A DNA stretch of 64,000 bases from the NCBI GenBank assembly GCA_002269645.1, contig NIVC01000655.1, positions 426,568 to 490,567 on the forward strand, given 5' to 3'. Origin of the DNA: Macrostomum lignano. Its lineage: Eukaryota. The notes beneath the pieces were generated by a model that had not been told where the DNA came from, ran no database searches, and saw nothing but the letters and a program-made list of their open reading frames with translations. This document shows, piece after piece, positions 42,201-55,764 of the stretch. A program made the translations under genes and the position numbers. How positions within the stretch are numbered: position 1 is the stretch's first letter; the number at the start of each line of letters is the position of its first letter.

Positions 42201-43263
42201 TCAAGGCCTTTGTAAAGTTGTAACCGATTTTTTTATGAGTAAAGGTAAAAAGCTTTTTTCCAAGCTAATTAAATTAGATAACAGACTGCGTCGCAATTTT
42301 ACCTGTGTATGAGTACTTACCGAGTTTTCGACGATTCTCAAAATATCTCAGCATTACCTCGTTGACATTGAGCTGAAATTGTTAATTTGGTAAACAGGGT
42401 ATTGTGCAATACCTACTATGTATTACAATGTGAATGGAATATAGTTGAAAAAATGAATAATCTTCGGAGTATTGTTAAATACGATAGCATAGAACGAGAA
42501 TTGGCTAGAATTGGGTAGATTTGGGTGGAATCGGGTAGAATTGGGTGGAATCGGGTAGAATCGGGTAGAATTGGGTAGAATTGGATAGAATCGGATAGAA
42601 TTAGGTAAAATCGAGTAGAATTGGTTAGAATCGGGTAGAATCGGGTAGAATTGGGTAGAATCGGGTAAAATTAGGTAGAATCGGGTAGAATCGGGTAGAA
42701 TTGGGTAGAATCGGATAAAATTAGGTAGAATCGGGTAGAATCGGGTAGAATTTGGTAGAATCGGGTAGAGTTGGGTAGATTCGGAAAGAATCGGGTAGAA
42801 TTGGGTAGAATCGGGTATAAACGGGTAGAACCGGCTATAAACGGATAGAATTGGGTAGAATTGGGTAAAATCAGGTAGAAATCGGGTAGAATTGGGTAGA
42901 CTCGGGTATACGCTCGGAATTGGATAGAATTGGGTAGAATCGGGTAGAATCGGGTAGAATTGGGTAGAATCGGATAGAATTAGGTAAAATCAAGTAGAAT
43001 TGGGTAGAATCGGGTAGAATTGGGTAGAATTGGGTAGACTAGGGTAGAATTGGGTAGACTAGGGTAGAATTGGTTAGAATCGGGCAGAATCGGGTAGAAT
43101 CGGGTAGAATTGTATTGAATAGATCGATAGGGTGCAATCTGCATCCCAAACTTACCTTTCCAACATCGCCAGCCTGCACGAGAATCAGTTCGTCTAACAA
43201 TTCGGCCTTATCCTCAGTTCCCTCGTCGTCCCACTGCTCTATGAAGGTTTGGGATTCTGACAT
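39252..43263 (-). CDS. Uncharacterised protein with AKAP-like amphipathic helices; 229 aa to an in-frame TAA, 275 aa if read through
   Basis: complement(join(39252..39495,39894..40317,42321..42372,43156..43263)); donors GTAAGT, GTAAGT, GTGAGT with consistent phases 0/1/2. TAA at 39390-39392, then 45 open codons to TGA. AKAP resemblance is inference from helix patterns such as LSERLVEQSLSQAV. Confidence 0.72.
39562..39865. repeat. About 70-bp tandem repeat in intron 3 of the uncharacterised gene
   Basis: Recurrent CATCCACCTCACTCCAC..AGCCAATCCGGTTGATTCTTTT..GATATTTCTCTCCCAGAG. Confidence 0.8.
40372..42030. repeat. 30/31-bp minisatellite in intron 2 of the uncharacterised gene
   Basis: Tandem CATGTGTGATTATTAGAGTTCACACCCTCC. 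Confidence 0.97.
42503..43110. repeat. 10-bp minisatellite in intron 1 of the uncharacterised gene
   Basis: Tandem GGGTAGAATT/GGGTAGAATC. Confidence 0.93.
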
Positions 43264-43419
43264 AGTAGCTAAATGCTTGCTTTCAGACACTTGTCTTGGG
43301 AATTTAGTTTTCTATGGTATTTTAGAATTCTTAGAGGTTTAAACGTAGATTACTGCGAAGCTCTATCTATCTATATGAATCTAGTGCTAAATGGAGGGGG
43401 TGGCTATAGCGGCATATTT

Positions 43420-43433
43420 GTTGCCATGACAAC
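43420..43433. promoter_or_regulatory. Near-perfect RFX X-box
   Basis: GTTGCCATGACAAC, one mismatch from the palindrome GTTGCCATGGCAAC, about 157 bp upstream of the minus-strand ATG at 43263. Confidence 0.75.
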
Positions 43434-43989
43434 TAGTCATATACGCTTCTCCCTTCTCTTCTCTACGTACTGCAAGTGTACGGTCAGTTTTAAAATCTAC
43501 AATGTACAGTGTATTGTACTGCTGTACGCCTTTAGGTTACTGTACAAGACCAGAATGCAGACACTAAGCCTCTCTCTGTCTCTTTGTATGCTCTGTTCCA
43601 CGTAAAAATACTTAGAATTGAAAATGTCTATTAAGATAGAAAATAATCTTTTAAGTGATGTGACAACAGCTTTTTTGCTGCACATGTTAACCGCTAATTT
43701 TAAAAGTAGCTATATGTTCCAAATGTTGAGAGCGAGACTAAAGTTATCAAGCAAGAGATGTGATTCTAACCTTGAAAACAGACGAATCCATCCAGCTCTT
43801 TCAAAATCAGGTTTCCGACTAGAAGGACCTAGAGCTGACCTACCAACCACATTTGAGCTCTGTCTCAATTCTAGAAGTCACAGCAGCCGATAAAAATGAC
43901 GCTCCTGTGGGACTGGACTGGATCGCAGTGACCATGCAGGGACAGAGCTAGAGGGACTTTTCAGCAGGGGTTTCTCTTGCAAGGGAATA

Positions 43990-44235
43990 CTATGTCTGCC
44001 CTCGCTTTTACCGACGACATTGCCCTGGTGTGCGGAGGACCCTTCGGCCGCTCAGTCTAGCCTCAACAGAATCTGGGAGGAAGGCGCCAGAGTCCAGCCT
44101 CGAAGTGAAAACCCGCAAGACCGAGGTGCTTCACACGTCAAACCTAAACGGCGACGAAATTTCTTCCTGCTCGGATTTCCGCTACCTCGGCTCGCTGGTG
44201 GTCTCTCCGGGTGACATCGTCACCGACCGCCTGGG
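43990..44235 (+). mobile_element. Degraded non-LTR retrotransposon reverse transcriptase fragment
   Basis: LAFTDDIALV (YADD-type motif), AAQSSLNRI, KTRKTEVL and FRYLGS spread over shifted frames. Confidence 0.75.
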
Positions 44236-45860
44236 GAGCTGCTCGGCGATGGGAACTGCTCCTGACTACGCACCCTGTCCATATCCAGAGACAAGTCGAT
44301 TAGGGTTTGATCGAGCTAAGAAAACCGAAAGGTGGAGTTTCGAGCACGAAAAACCAGCGATAGAGTAAATCCTACTAATAGGCTTTAAATACATATGTAT
44401 ATCTATACATGTATAGTAATATAGCTTTTGAATTGTTTTAGTTGTATTTTACACATGATCTCCAATTTTTGCTTTTAATACTGTGTACATATGTAGCTCT
44501 GCATGACTCTGAGTACAACTGCACTTTTGTATTCAGTTATTTTTCGCTCATACTCAAGTTAAGTGCTGCAAGTTGATATAAATCTCAACAAATCATGTTT
44601 CATTAACTGCTACAATTCGTATAATTTAGTGTATAAATTTAATTTATTATAAGTGCGATTCGACATGTAGTGTACCGATCAGCGTATAATTATCAACAAA
44701 AGAGCGGCAGAATTTCAGAACTTTAGTACCAATGAGCAACGATGTAGAGCTACAAAAGTACATTTGCATATTATGCATGGGTCCGTAATTATACTTCCAA
44801 TCAATTAGCTAGTTTTTATTGCTTTTTTGCCCAAAGCCACGACACGGAGCCATGCCATGAAACTCAGCGTACTCTCTTTAGCACTAGGCATTTGACTTAA
44901 ACTATCAAACGTATTGAATTAAAAATTTATTCACTTTAGACACACTATGAAATAGTAATTTTTATTCCATCACGAAAGTAATTTTATAGAGTTTGTTAAG
45001 TTTAACTGATAATTTTAAATGCACGCGATTGATATTTTCTGGACTCATTATCGAACCGAACGAACCAAAACCAACAATCAAAACAAACTATAAGATTGCT
45101 ACTTTATCCTTATAAATTATATTATACTTAGGCCAATAGAGCCTATTATTATTAAATTTAGGTCCAATTGCTTAGTACTAGTAATAGTAATTATTGAAAT
45201 CATAAAAATCATTGCTTAATATACTATTTTTATAGGCCTAGATAATCACCATTAAAATTTGCCTCTTATAATTTTTTATACTTCAATAATTCTATTCAAA
45301 TAGAACATATTAGCAAACAAAATAACCATGCACTGTATATATAGAATAGGTTGGTCATTGGCTCTTTAAAAAATTGTTAAATCCATTTAGCCTATATTCT
45401 AAATCTAAAAGATATTATTTTTATAAGGAATTCTTGCATGCTAAAAGTACTAAGGCCTAGGCTAGGCAGTCATACTATGATCTATATCTTATACACTGCT
45501 ATATAATACTATAATAAGAAACTTACACTGATTTATTTTATAGCAGGCGCGGATCCAGGAATTTCTTGAAAGGGGCGGGCAACTTTTTTCATACTCTCAA
45601 GTTATAAGTATTAACTGGCAGAAGCAATCATTTAAGTACAAGTATAATAACAATATGAAAATATTTTCAATAGGTTATAGCAGAAAATTGTATGAGAATA
45701 TTAGAAAATGAATAAGTTTAAGTAATGCAACACAACAAATAAAACAGCAAGTACTTAGATTGTAGATTCAAGTTTTTATAATTAATAAGCAATGTCATGC
45801 GGTTAACAAAAATCAAGCCGGCGGTTTTTGGTATCATATTGATCAACCACCTCTTCACAA

Positions 45861-48800
45861 TCACTTGGAACTTTCGTGAATATATGCCATGGCAAGACCA
45901 AAGAGACGTTCTTTGGTCATGGTTGAGTGTAGGTATGTCTTCAGAAGCCAAAGGTGGCTGAAGGCATGCTTACCAGTGGCAGTTGTCACTGGGATAGTGG
46001 CAAAGATTTGGAGCAAAGTCTGCATGTTTTGGAATGTTGGATCGTTGCCTAGGTCCAACAGAGTGGCTGTCATTGTATTTGGCAAATTAAAGCCTTTCGA
46101 CTTGGCCTTCTTCCATTTGCAAGTCCACAGGAGAAACTCTCCCTCAACTGTGTCCATGTCACTGAGAAACAAGCTGTAAAACTCCACAGCACCACAAATC
46201 TTCTCAAAGCCATAGCTGATGGCAAAAGTTGGAACAATTGCACACAGCTGCAATACCTGGGCTTCATGCGAGACAAATCAGCTTTTTAGTCTAATAACAG
46301 TATCCAGATACGCATAGAACACAGCCCGACGGTAGTAGTCTGAAGTAGTTTCAGCAGGTACGTTAGTATGGTTGCACTGACGACCACACAGCCTAGGCAT
46401 TCTTATCTTATCACCTAGAAGCAGCTCAGCCTCAGCAAACCAATTTCTGTATTCATTGTCATCATTGCGCCATTCTAATTGTGCTATTATGCTGTAGACA
46501 GTCTCAACACACTTTAGCAGGTCAATGCTTGAGTCCTGCAGGGCAACAACAACTAGTGATATAATTGCCAAGACCTTGCGCAGGACAATGAATGGCAAGT
46601 AAAATGACAAATCTTCTAGTGCTTCAAGGTGACAACGAGCTTTGTACCCATTCTGCTCAGCTGGCCAGGTGCCAATCTCTTCCAGTGCAGGCAGTATGGC
46701 TTTGAACAGTCCAGCAAAAATTGCTACTGAATTGTGGCACTCTACCCAATGTCAATGTGTTTCACAGTACTTCTGCAAGCGCGAATGAGTGGCATTCGCG
46801 TACACTTCTTCTATGTATCGCTTGAGTATAGCTGCTTGCTTGGGTGAGTTGTTGAAAAACTTTGATATTTCATTGATGGCAGTGATAACGCAATCAATTT
46901 CACTGACATTGCCACACTTAGCTAAAGCAAGGTTGAAGCAGTGACAGCTGCAGTGCATATACGATGCTAGTGGGGCTTCATCTCGAACTGCCTTTTGGAC
47001 ACCATTGAGCTCGCCAGACATTGCAGCTGCACCATCATCGCCTTGACCAACAAGATGTTGCAGCTGAAGGCCAAGACTTTTGATGAAGTTAATAATCTGG
47101 GCAGCCAATCCTTTGCCAGTCAGATCTTGAGCAAGTTCAAAGCCAACAAACATCTTGGTAATCACTTTGTCCCAAGGAAAGAAGTACTGCAAGCAGTAAA
47201 TGATCTGTTCAAGATTGGCACAATCCGTTGTCTCGTCAGCAATGATTCTGTAATTAAGGTTGCGTAAGAAGCTATGAAGAAATTTAAAATTGCAAAAATG
47301 TGCTCACCCGCTCAGGTGATTGATGGCTGTAATCTCAGATAAGCCTGATATATTCTATCAGCTCTTATATATTTATTTTAAAATTGTAAAAGATACCAAA
47401 TAAATTATAACTTATAAATAAAACAATGCTTCCCATATCTGCTAGGATCCTTTCTAGAGTACATTGCTTGAGGCAGTCAATCAGGCTGTTCTGTGTGATT
47501 TTTGATAAATAAGTTGCACGGCGAGAACAGCTTTCAATGTGTTGCTTCAAGATGTCATTGCTGCAGTTTGCCTAAGTTGGATAAAATAATAATGGAACTA
47601 TTGCTTCATAAATGCATGTACAATGATAAATGTGCATACTACATGTACTTGACAAATTATTTTTCTACTGTCTACTTCGTCTATTGACTCATGTATGTAC
47701 ATAGATACTTATTGAGTACTTGATCAAGGCCCGAAAAAGGCCTTCATTTGATGAATGATCATTCAAATTGAGTTGGTCATCATCACGGTGTCCGCAGAAT
47801 GGCAGTCCATTGCTAGCTAGAAATTTGACTGCATCTACAATCTGCACAAGCTGCAGCCAGTTGGCAGCATGCTGGCGCTCAGCTTCAGTGTTCAGCTGTG
47901 ATATAACTTCTATGCTTGGGTCTTGTGCAGTAACTTTGGCAGCTTTGTACTACTCGTATTTAAAAACAAAAGGAAAATGAAAATATTCCCTATAGGAAAA
48001 AGTTGTAAATCCGCGGATGGCGTCCGGCGCACTTTTGAAATTTTTCTAAAGCGCAGCGCGTGCACAGGTGCGCAGTGCCTGCGCGCGCTGCCTTTTCTTG
48101 TTGGCTGCTGCTCTAGCAAAAACATATGCATGGAAAGGGGTCATCTAATACCTCTGTGGAAGGGGCCTATACACATATAATTTATAAAGCTTAGAGATGT
48201 TCCGAAATTTCAATTTGAATTTTCCAAAATTAGAATTTTTATTAAGAGCAAATTTCAATTTCGAATAAAATTAGAAGTCAAAATTTGGAAGCGTCTAAAA
48301 AATCGCTAAATATATACTAATTTCTGCTACATATATATGTATTTCATTTTGCATAAGCAGTAAATCGAATGTAAAAAGTGAGTATTGGTCATACTAAACT
48401 TTGTTTTTCTGCATTTTGATTTTGGAAAATTTCAATTTTGAGTTTGGAAAGTAAACAAATTTTGATTTCGATGAAACTGCTCTTTTGGGATATCTCTAAT
48501 AATCCTAAAGCGTGGGAAAATAATTTGACTTTATTATAAAGCATGCATCCGTGGGTTTTTAACATTTATTCCAATAGGGAAAATATTGCTTATATTTACT
48601 GAAATAAAATTATTATATATCTATTTCTTTGACTTTGTCATCTGCCAGTCTGCTCTGTACACTGCACTTACCTTTCTCTCAGACTCGAGGTGCATTGGAA
48701 GTACATTGTGGCTGACAAGAAATGCAGATTAGTCTCCTACCAGCTTATCAAATTTTGTAAAAGCTGCACTAGTCAGGGCTCCTACAGGAATGCTTTGTAC

Positions 48801-49409
48801 TGCTGTAGGTCCAAACACAATGCAGTAGAGACAGAACAGACCTTGGTATTTCTCTGAGTAAGCTAACCACAGATATGTCTTGAAGTAGAACACAGTTGGC
48901 CTTCAAAGGTACTTTCCCTTGACTGTACCTGGGAATTTGTAGGTCTCGCAGTCTGGCTTCTAGTACCTTTCAACCAAGTCTACGAGTTCACGTGGACTCA
49001 AATTAGCCAGCAGAACACAGCTTGAGCTTGACCCACAAAGAAGGTCAAAAGCCTTCCCAAAATTGTCACAGGGATGATCCGTCTGTATAGCAGAAACAGT
49101 GTCTCCACTGGATGCCTGGCTTGTCAGCAACAGTGAGGGCACAGAAAGTTGAGCCTCACGAGACACCTCTTGTATTTGACAAGGGTTGTCATTGATGCTG
49201 CTACTTTCGGTTTCAGCTGCATCTGCATGAACATTGTTGTTGTCCAAGCTAGTTTCAAGACGTGGTTGCTTAGACAAGCGTGGAAAAAATGAATCAATTT
49301 GAGTCAGTGTTCGGAGCGTGGAGCAAATTTGCGCTTGGCACAAAAATGGCTCGGACAGGCGCAAATCCACGAATTCTGAAGCCATGGTGCAAATTTTTTG
49401 GCTCCTCAA
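45861..49409 (-). pseudogene. hAT transposase pseudogene
   Basis: ORF fragments 48960-49409, 47365-47550, 46752-47192, 46278-46610, 45861-46253 in different frames, with in-frame stops. Confidence 0.85.
47988..48579. mobile_element. 592-bp MITE nested in the hAT element
   Basis: Imperfect TIRs CCCTATAGGA..CCGCGGATG and CCCTATTGGA..CCACGGATG; 8-bp TSD AAAATATT on both sides. Confidence 0.8.
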
Positions 49410-51787
49410 TGGCGCGAATCTTCAAGCCCTATTTCATCTAATTGCCTATACGCACAGCAAATTTTGCTGCTTTTTTCTACTTGTCTGTCACTTCTGTGTT
49501 TATTAAAATTTCCAAAACTTTGTGTAAACCATGTTTGTAGCCTGCACACCAAACTTTTTGAATCCAAAAGCGGAAGAACTGACTGACTCTTTAATGCTGA
49601 ACTGACTCCTGCGTTGAGACTTCAGAGTAGGCCTACACGCTAGTGCACTACTTTTGCAGTTGCACAACGCAACGTTGTTACAATTTGTTGGGTGGTTTAT
49701 TCTCTAATATTAGTATGCAAGGCAAGTCAGTGCTGTTTTCCGGTACAATATATCGCCTATTCTACTGTGTGCTACGCAATGTAGTCAGGCACATGTTTAG
49801 GATGTGGGTTAAATGATGGAGTCCTTGCCTGCAATCATTTTTGCGTTTTTCCAGCTGTGGATTTATTTTTGTTTATGTAAAATGCACTGCAGAAATTAGT
49901 ACAGGAACTTAGGCACTGAAAATACTTTTAAGGGCTAATCTTTGAACACTACCAGGATTTACCTGTTGTTTTCAGTAGACTACGCCCCTCGGCATACTCA
50001 TAGGTGCAAAAATTTACCCCAGGCGCAAAAAATTGCAGGACCCCCCGCTCCAAACACTGATTTGAGTCGACTTTCTTGTGATATAACTATACTATAAAAA
50101 AACTAAACTGTAATAAAGACAAGATAACAAGACCCAACTGACCCAGTATAGAGCTTTTGTATGAGATTAAAGAGTGTTTGCGACCAAATATAGTGTTTAG
50201 TGTTTGTATGATACTGTTCATTATTTTATTATCCATGTACATTTGTACTCACTTATTTACCACACCCCTCTACCCCTCAGATTTGGGACTGCGCCATGCT
50301 GCTCTAGGGCAGAGACTTCTAAAGATAACAGGTCTCTGTCTGAGCCCTGTCCCTGCCCCAAGTAGGAACCAACCCCAAGGCCCAAGCCCTTTCTTTACTT
50401 AGAAGGGGGCCAAAGGCCAAGGCATGTGAAGTCTGTCTGCTTTTTCTATTGTTTGCCACTCATCCAACTCATTTCCCCAGACGAAGGATCAGGCAATAAG
50501 GCTCAATGTACATAGCCAATGTACAGTGTTTTGGAAGCCTTCTCTGTATCCCTGCGAGTGGAGAGGCGTGGAAATGAGAGTTTAGCGAGATATTCCAACT
50601 ACATGTACTGTCCTCTATATAGACAAGTTGCAGCAGTTAAACAAGGATGGCAATTGGCAAATCAAGGCGATATGGGATGGTTTGTAAAAATAGCAAAAAA
50701 TTAATGAATAACAGGTCTCTGTCTGAGCCCTGCCCCTGCCCCGAGTAAGAACCCACCCCAAGGCCCAAGCCCTTTCTTTACTTAGAAGGGGCCAAAGGCC
50801 AAGAGCAGAATTTTTTCGAGGCAGCTGAGGGTGGGAGGCCATGGCCCCCTTGGCCCCCCCCCCCCAGGATCCACCACTGTTTTATAGATTTTTTATTATG
50901 TAGATTGGGCCTATTTCTATTATATATTAGGTTTAAAAGGCCTAGGCTTAATTTATTTTATATATTTCATTTAGTAATATATTAGTTTTAGGTCTTATAG
51001 TCTGGGTCGTATTATGCTTTTATTGGAAAATTAAAGCTTTTCATAGATTTATATCATTTAGACTTAAGTTACAGGGTATTGTCAATAAAGTCCTTTGTAT
51101 ATTATTTAAATATTTTTTACAAATTAGTATTTTTTCTTATAGTGATCTTTGAAACAAACTTTTATATTTTATATGCTATTTATTTTAGGAATCTCATTTT
51201 TAATACATGTTAGAATTTTTAGAAAAATGCTTATAGCCTTGAGAGTCAGTGGAATCAAGTTTTAGCCCTATGGTCTAGACTCTGTCAGGATACCATAGAG
51301 CCAAATTCCTGAGTATCTTTTCTCAATCCATTGTAAGAATAGCATTATATCAAAGCTCTATATAGTAGCTATATGGATAGATCCAATGGTTCAAGGATGG
51401 CCAGTCCACTGTAAATGCCTAGCCATGCTCTGGCCAATGTTGCACATTGGGTGACAAGACATCCTATCAATGGGTGATAGCCCTGCTGGACTTGGATGCT
51501 CATCTGACAGTTTTAGAGTTGTCTGATTGATTGAAAATTTTCAAGTATAGCTAACTAATTTCCCATTAATTTTCATAACTTAGTTATATCTGTTATACCT
51601 ATATAACAGTTGGTTGTGACATGCTTGACTCCTGTAATATTACAGTCCCATTGATTTTTGAATATACACCTGAATGTTGTTTTTTTTAATGTGAACATTT
51701 GCCATATTTCTGATTTCTGATTTATAGAAAGTCAAAGTTAATTGTGGAATTAAAAAAACGTTACTAGCATCAAATTAATACACATAA

Positions 51788-54700
51788 ATGTCTGCCACAA
51801 GCAGCATTGTTGAGGCTGTAATAGATGAGCATGACGTCTGCGATGGCGGTCCAGAGGCCAAGAAGGTGAAGCTGAACTCGGCTAATGCAGAAGAGAAAGC
51901 AGCTAATCTTGATGGTAACAAACCAGCTGATAAAGAGCTTGAGCCATTATCCAATGGCAATAACGGCAGTCATAGCGTTGCTAATGGCAACGGGGTAACA
52001 ACAGTTTCCAAGCTGGCAGAATCAGCCGAGAAGGACTCTAAAGAAGAAGAAGAATCCAAGCAACCAGGCGACAAAGCGGTTGCCAATGATGCAGCAGAGG
52101 CAGAAACTGTCGAAGCTCCAGACGATTCTAGCCCAGGCGAAGTGCTGTGGTGCGGCACCACCAAGTGGCAATTGTTGCACGATAAGAAAGCCAAACTACC
52201 AAATTTGTTCTCGCCGCATCGGATGGAGAGCTTAATTGGAGTTCGGATTAGCAAAGTGTTCAGCGGTACGGCCGCTTGTCACGTTGTATTAGTGACAGTT
52301 GAAGGTCAAGCGCTTACATTCGGTCGCAATCAGCTGGGGCAGCTGGGCGTTGGAGACAAGGTCACCTCAGTTCAAGCTCGACCAGTTGAAGCTCTGCGCA
52401 ATATTCGCGTAGTCTCGGCCGCCTGCGGCAGGTCGCACACATTGTTTTTAACTTCGCGCGGTGAAGTGTTCGCCTGCGGTGACAACCGGTCTGGCCAGCT
52501 GGGAATTGGGTCCGTAGCCAATGGCAAAGACACTGGCGTGCCAACGCCTAAACCCATGGCTATGCCAACTGTTGGTAGCAGGCGTATTGCTCAGGTTGAA
52601 GCTGGGGGAGATTTCTCACTGCTGATTGATAGCTCCGGTATGATGTTCACCTGCGGCCATCCAGAGAATGGACAACTGGGGCACGGCTCCGACAGCCAGT
52701 ACTTTGAGGTGCGTGTGCTCAGGCTTATCAGTTAACTACTTAATTGGTTTCTTTGAGTACTATAAGCATGCTGTGGAGATTTTAAAAGTCTAACTGGGAT
52801 TATTGGAAATCATTGTAGTCAACTTGAAATTATTAGGGATTATCATTAGTCTACCCGGGATTATTAAGGATCATTGTGTTTAACTGGGATTATTGGGGAT
52901 CATTGTTGTCCACCTGGGATTATTGGGGATCATCTTTGTCCACCTGGGATTATTGGGGATCATTTTTGTCCACCTGAGATTATTGGGGATCATCTTTGTC
53001 CACCTGGGATTATTTGGGATCATCTTTGTCCACCTGGGATTATTGGGGATCATTGTTGTCCACCTGGGATTATTGGTGATCATTGTTGTCCACCTGGGAT
53101 TATTTGGGATCATTGTTGTCCACCTGGGATTATTGGGGATCATTGTTGTCCACCTGGGATTATTTGGGATCATTGTTGTCCACCTGGGATTATTGGGGAT
53201 CATTGTTGTCTAAACATGGGTTCCCCACTTTTTAGTTTACCTGAACTCTTAGGGAGTTATATAATACCCCACCTGTACTCACCCAACTCCAGGGCACAAA
53301 GCTGGTCCACAAGATGGAATCCCGCCCAGCGCCTATCGTGTCATTTTTACGTGAAGAGGAAGGCCGCGGTGGCCGGCCTGGTGCCAAATCCGTGATCGAA
53401 GGCGTCCGCGTGATAGCGGCGAGCTGCGGTCCGAGCCACTGCGCGTGCCTGGATTCCGAGGGTCGCCTATGGACTTGGGGATTCGGTGGCTACGGCCGTC
53501 TTGGCCATAATTCTACGCGCAATGAGCTGCGGCCAAGGCTAGTGAATTATTTCAGCAACACTAGGCAGTGCGTGGATCGGGTGAGCTGCGGCGGCGCCTA
53601 CACTATTGCCACTACGGCTCCGGCGAATTCCTCTGCGCCACCAGTCACCTATCTGTGGGGACAGCAGAAAAGCTCCGGCGAGGCTAATATGTATCCGAAG
53701 GTGAGACTGCATGTTCAACTGTTCTTTTCGATACATATCGGCAGTGAAGCTAGATTTTGTGGAGGGTGGGATCAGAGACAGCGGAGGGTGGGATCACAGA
53801 CAGGGAGGGTGGGATCACAGGCAGGGGAGGGTGGGATCACAGACAGGGGAGGGTGGGATCACAGACAGGGGAGGGTGGGATCACAGACAGGGGAGGGTGG
53901 GATCACAGACAGGGGAGGGTGGGATCACAGACGGGAGGGTGGGATCACAGATAGTGGAGGGTGGGATCACAGACAGCGGAGGGTGGGATCACAGATAGTG
54001 GAGGGTGGGATCACAGACAGCGGAGGGTGGGATCACAGACAGGGGAGGGTGGGATCACAGACACGGGAGGTTGGGATCACAGACACGGGAGGGTGGGATC
54101 ACAGATAGTGGAGGGTGGGATCACAGACAGCGGAGGGTGGGATCACAGACAGGGGAAGGTGGGATCACAGACAGGGGAGGGTGGGATCACAGACAGGGGA
54201 GGGTGGGATCACAGACGGGAGGGTGGGATCACAGACAGGGGAGGGTGGGATCACAGACGGGAGGGTGGGATCACAGATAGTGGAGGGTGGGATCACAGAC
54301 AGCGGAGGGTGGGATCACAGATAGTGGAGGGTGGGATCACAGACAGCGGAGGGTGGGATCACAGACAGGGGAGGGTGGGATCACAGACACGGGAGGTTGG
54401 GATCACAGACACGGGAGGGTGGGATCACAGATAGTGGAGGGTGGGATCACAGACAGCGGAGGGTGGGATCACAGACAGGGGAAGGTGGGATCACAGACAG
54501 GGGAGGGTGGGATCACAGACAGGGGAGGGTGGGATCACAGACGGGAGGGTGGGATCACAGACGGGAGGGTGGGATCACAGACAGGGGAGGGTGGGATCAC
54601 AGACGGGAGGGTGGGATCACAGATAGGGAGGGTGGGATCACAGACAAAAATGGATCATATTTGGTAATATTGTCACCCTTTAAGCCTTTAAATTTTCCCA

Positions 54701-55107
54701 ATGAATATTTCACCTATCGGTACACAGTTTATGCCTATGGTTTTGATTTTTATATTAATATTTAAATATATTTTTCTATACATATCGTCTCTCCCCCATA
54801 ATCCAAGGCTCTCATGGACCTGAGCGGCTGGTCGGTTCGCCGACTGTCGGCCGGCAATCGCAGCTGCGCTGTGCTGGCCGACACCAGCTGCATCACCTGG
54901 GGCCCGTCGCCTACATTTGGCGAACTGGGCCACGGCGACATGGTGAAGTCATCAGCCAGGCCAATGGTCTGCAAAGCACTCGAACGAGTTCGCGTTGCCG
55001 AAGTTGCTATGGGCTACGCGCAGTGCGTATTTCTGGTCCCGTTAAAATCCGACGGCAGCGATGCCGAAGAGAAACTGGGCAAATATCCGGTTTGTCGGGA
55101 CAAGTGA
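51788..55107 (+). CDS. RCC2: Protein RCC2 (TD-60) homolog, about 542 aa, 3 exons
   Basis: join(51788..52708,53293..53700,54808..55107), phase 0, GT-AG. RCC1 repeats with RCC2-diagnostic CGHPENGQLGH, WGFGGYGRLGH, MYPK|ALMDLSGW, TWGPSPTFGELGHG and VAMGY. Confidence 0.95.
52792..53210. repeat. 30-bp minisatellite in RCC2 intron 1
   Basis: Tandem GGGATTATTGGGGATCATTGTTGTCCACCT. Confidence 0.95.
53758..54645. repeat. G-rich minisatellite in RCC2 intron 2
   Basis: Tandem GGAGGGTGGGATCACAGAC with AGGG, AGC and other short spacers. Confidence 0.95.
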
Positions 55108-55764
55108 ATTCTAATTTGTTTTTTTTCAAAAAAGACAAACTCTGATCTAAAGTTTTTTGTTAAATTTTCGTATCATACTACTTACCTACTGAATTTGCTG
55201 TATACCGCAAATTTTTCATATTTTCTAGCTGCGGTTTTGATAAAAAACTATTCATAATTTTGAAGACGCCGATATGTATCGAAAAACAAATCTGTCAACA
55301 TGGCAGTAGTATGTAGGGCTTTTTAAATACCTTTTTCCAAGTAAAGCGTAAGCTTATTTTTGTATGAAAGTTTTTTGCAACTCCTTTTTTGCCGAACTGT
55401 TTACCGGTTGTTCGTTTTCTTTGTTATTTACTGATTAAAACGAGTAAAAAAATCATAATTAAATATACTAATGTGCGCTTCTAACGGCATTTATACTTTT
55501 CTTTGTAATCACAAACGCGAATCTTTGTTTTACTAGTTTTTTTCGCAATTTGTAAGATAAAGTATATTTGTTACGATGTGCAATAATATCTGCTATTATT
55601 TCTCCTCTCAATTTTTTTTGGTACTTTGGCGCTTTTCTCATAATCCCCTTCAGTGTATTCCCTGTGCACTGAATCGGGTGTTTTCTGCTATTTATAATTC
55701 CCTTGTATTTTTAATGCATGGTGTATCAAATATGTCACTGCGATTATTGCCGATTTTAATGTAA

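Larger units (their letters stand above)
45544..50879 (-). mobile_element. Complete but decayed hAT transposon (TTF-zinc-finger, ZMYM1/THAP12-like transposase)
   Basis: TIRs CAGGCGCGGATCCAGG and CAGTGGTGGATCCTGG (12/16); 8-bp TSD TTTTATAG on both sides. Minus-strand pieces: WLAYSEKYQGLFCLYC (about 48800), ATYLSKITQNSLIDCL, GQGDDGAAAMSG, and dimerisation domain IPVTTAT..FSHLWLLKTYLHSTMTKERLFGLAM. Confidence 0.92.

Noticed and set aside
53701-54667. GGWDHR-type ORFs extending RCC2 exon 2
   Set aside because: Intronic G-rich repeat; RCC2 homology resumes at 54808 after a GT-AG intron.
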